Positions 62,411-64,000 of a stretch of 64,000 nt of DNA are shown here, piece after piece. The notes below the pieces were generated by a model that did no database searches, was not told the DNA's origin, and was given only the letters and a program-made list of their open reading frames with translations. The position numbers and the translations under genes are program-made. The first letter of the stretch is position 1, and each line of letters starts with the position of its first letter. The stretch is from positions 128,001 through 192,000 of the forward strand of contig JBOEGF010000043.1 in NCBI GenBank assembly GCA_050633305.1. Direction: 5' to 3'. The DNA is from Nannocystales bacterium. Lineage in GTDB: Bacteria; Myxococcota_A; Polyangia; Nannocystales; Nannocystaceae.

Positions 62411-62968
62411 ATGGCTCGGGTCACGGTTGAAGATTGTCTCGCTCGCGTTCCCAACCGGTTCGCGCTCACGGTCCTCGGTTCTCGTCGCGCTCGCGCGATC
62501 AGTGAGGGTCGCGGTCGCGCCCTTGTTGAGTGCGAGAACAAAGAGGGCGTCACCGCACTCCGCGAGATCAGCGCCGATCGCGTCCGGTACAAGGAAGTCG
62601 TCTCCGAGACGGTCACCGAGTTCATCGAGGAGCAACGCCGCCAGCTTCGAGTCACGACCGGAGAGCATACCTTCCTCGAGGCAGCGTCTCTTCGTGCGCT
62701 CGAAGATGATGATGACGAGGATGGCGTCGAAGAGCCCGACGTCGAGGAGCTGCAGACCGACCCCGAGAAGCTGAACAAGCAGGCTCAGGGCGACAGCACG
62801 CAGAGCGACGACGATGAGGACGGGGACAGCGACGGGGACAGCGAGTCCTCCTCCGAGAACGCGGACACCCCGGCTGCGGACGCTGATGACCTCGACACGG
62901 AGGCGCTCGGTGACGACGTCGACGGCGAGGACGACGGCGAAGATGGCGATGCCGCCAAGGGCAGCTGA
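62411..62968 (+). CDS. rpoZ: RNA polymerase omega subunit with long acidic tail
   Basis: MARVTVEDCL..VPNRF.L....RRAR, NK..V.ALREI. Confidence 0.95.
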   Translation: MARVTVEDCLARVPNRFALTVLGSRRARAISEGRGRALVECENKEGVTALREISADRVRYKEVVSETVTEFIEEQRRQLRVTTGEHTFLEAASLRALEDDDDEDGVEEPDVEELQTDPEKLNKQAQGDSTQSDDDEDGDSDGDSESSSENADTPAADADDLDTEALGDDVDGEDDGEDGDAAKGS

Positions 62969-63224
62969 AGCTCTCGTCCGATTGGCTGCTGGAGCCGCGG
63001 TTGCGCAAGCGATCGCGGCTTCCGCGTGTGCGGACCGATCGCCCCCCCCGGCTTGGCCCGACCCGCCTCCGCCGGTGTTGGCGGAGCCCTTGCCCGAGGC
63101 GGGCCCGCGTCCCGAGGGGGATGTGGCGCCCGACGCAGATGCGGTGCCCGACGCGAAGCAGGCCGAGGCCGATGGCGCGCCGAAGAGCGAACCGGGGCTG
63201 ACGTCGCCGGCTCCCCCGAAGTAG
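62949..63224 (+). CDS. Small Pro-rich lipoprotein
   Basis: ASA-C then [11 protein letters not shown]; fills the gap between rpoZ and the carboxylase. Confidence 0.55.
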   Translation: MPPRAAEALVRLAAGAAVAQAIAASACADRSPPPAWPDPPPPVLAEPLPEAGPRPEGDVAPDADAVPDAKQAEADGAPKSEPGLTSPAPPK

Positions 63225-63234
63225 GGTGCGGGCC

Positions 63235-64000
63235 ATGACGATCCGGAAGGTGCTGGTCGCCAACCGCGGGGAGATTGCCCGGCGTGTGTTTCGAACCTGC
63301 CGCGAGCACGGCATTGCCACGGTGGCCGTGTTCAGCGACGCGGACGCCGACGCTGTCCACGTCGCGGAGGCCGACGAGGCTGTTCACATCGGTGGATCCG
63401 CGGCAGCGGAGAGCTACCTGCGGATGGAGGTCGTGCTCGAAGCTGCGAAACGGACCGGCGCCGACGCGATTCACCCCGGCTACGGCTTCCTGAGCGAGCG
63501 CGCGGAGTTTGCTGAGGCTTGCGAGGCAGCCGGCATCATCTTCATCGGCCCGCCGGGCTCGGCCATGATCGACATGGGCGACAAGGAGCGCGCTCGCGCG
63601 AAGATGATCGAGGCTGGCGTTCCCGTGGTTCCCGGCCGCGACGGAATTCGGAACACGGCGGAGGCGATCGAAGCCGCGGAGGCGATCGGGTTTCCGGTGA
63701 TGATCAAAGCCTCGGCCGGTGGCGGCGGCAAGGGCATGCGCATCGTCCACGAACCCGAGCGTGTCGCCGCCGGTTTCGAGGGCGCCCAGCGAGAGGCGAA
63801 GGCCTCGTTTGGCGATGACCGCATCTTCCTCGAACGCGCTGTCTTGGGCGCGCGCCACGTCGAGATTCAGGTTCTCGCCGACGCTCACGGCAATGTTGTT
63901 CATCTTGGTGAGCGCGACTGTTCGGTCCAGCGGCGTCACCAGAAGGTCATCGAAGAGGCGCCGTCGCCGAGCCCGCAAATGACCGAGGAGGTCCGGGCGG
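63235..64000 (+). CDS. Biotin carboxylase subunit of an acyl-CoA carboxylase (3' truncated by window edge)
   Basis: My translation, absent from the ORF track: [55 protein letters not shown]. Confidence 0.95.
   Translation, partial: MTIRKVLVANRGEIARRVFRTCREHGIATVAVFSDADADAVHVAEADEAVHIGGSAAAESYLRMEVVLEAAKRTGADAIHPGYGFLSERAEFAEACEAAGIIFIGPPGSAMIDMGDKERARAKMIEAGVPVVPGRDGIRNTAEAIEAAEAIGFPVMIKASAGGGGKGMRIVHEPERVAAGFEGAQREAKASFGDDRIFLERAVLGARHVEIQVLADAHGNVVHLGERDCSVQRRHQKVIEEAPSPSPQMTEEVRA

Overview
High-GC bacterial chromosome segment, most likely Myxococcota. The evidence is a MYXO-CTERM-type sorting tail, a FrzS/AglZ-type pseudo-receiver coiled-coil protein, a Hanks-type kinase and many lipoproteins with T/G/S/D-rich stalks. 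About 60 CDSs are supportable; I saw no rRNA, tRNA or CRISPR array. Housekeeping content: plsX, purB, hflX, uppP, rpoZ, a biotin carboxylase, a TrkA-type K+ channel, a pncB-pncA-nrtR NAD salvage operon with a visible promoter and operator, an ECF sigma/anti-sigma/frzS-like block, and a cobalamin-riboswitch-controlled TonB/ABC uptake operon with two extra lipoproteins. The best candidate for an undescribed system is a translationally coupled operon at 3540-10788: SNF2 helicase + Mre11/SbcD-type nuclease + hook-less Rad50/YhaN-type coiled-coil ATPase. A 74-bp CTAG-flanked MITE-like hairpin sits at its 3' end. Other notable signals are a TAnnnT hexamer 5-8 nt before many start codons (suggesting widespread leaderless mRNA), a perfect 26-bp palindrome, a lipoprotein with a RanBP2-type zinc finger, an apparently circularly permuted lamin-tail domain, and IS3 vestiges bracketing a GT-C glycosyltransferase. 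All family assignments come from motif recognition by eye; no database search was run.
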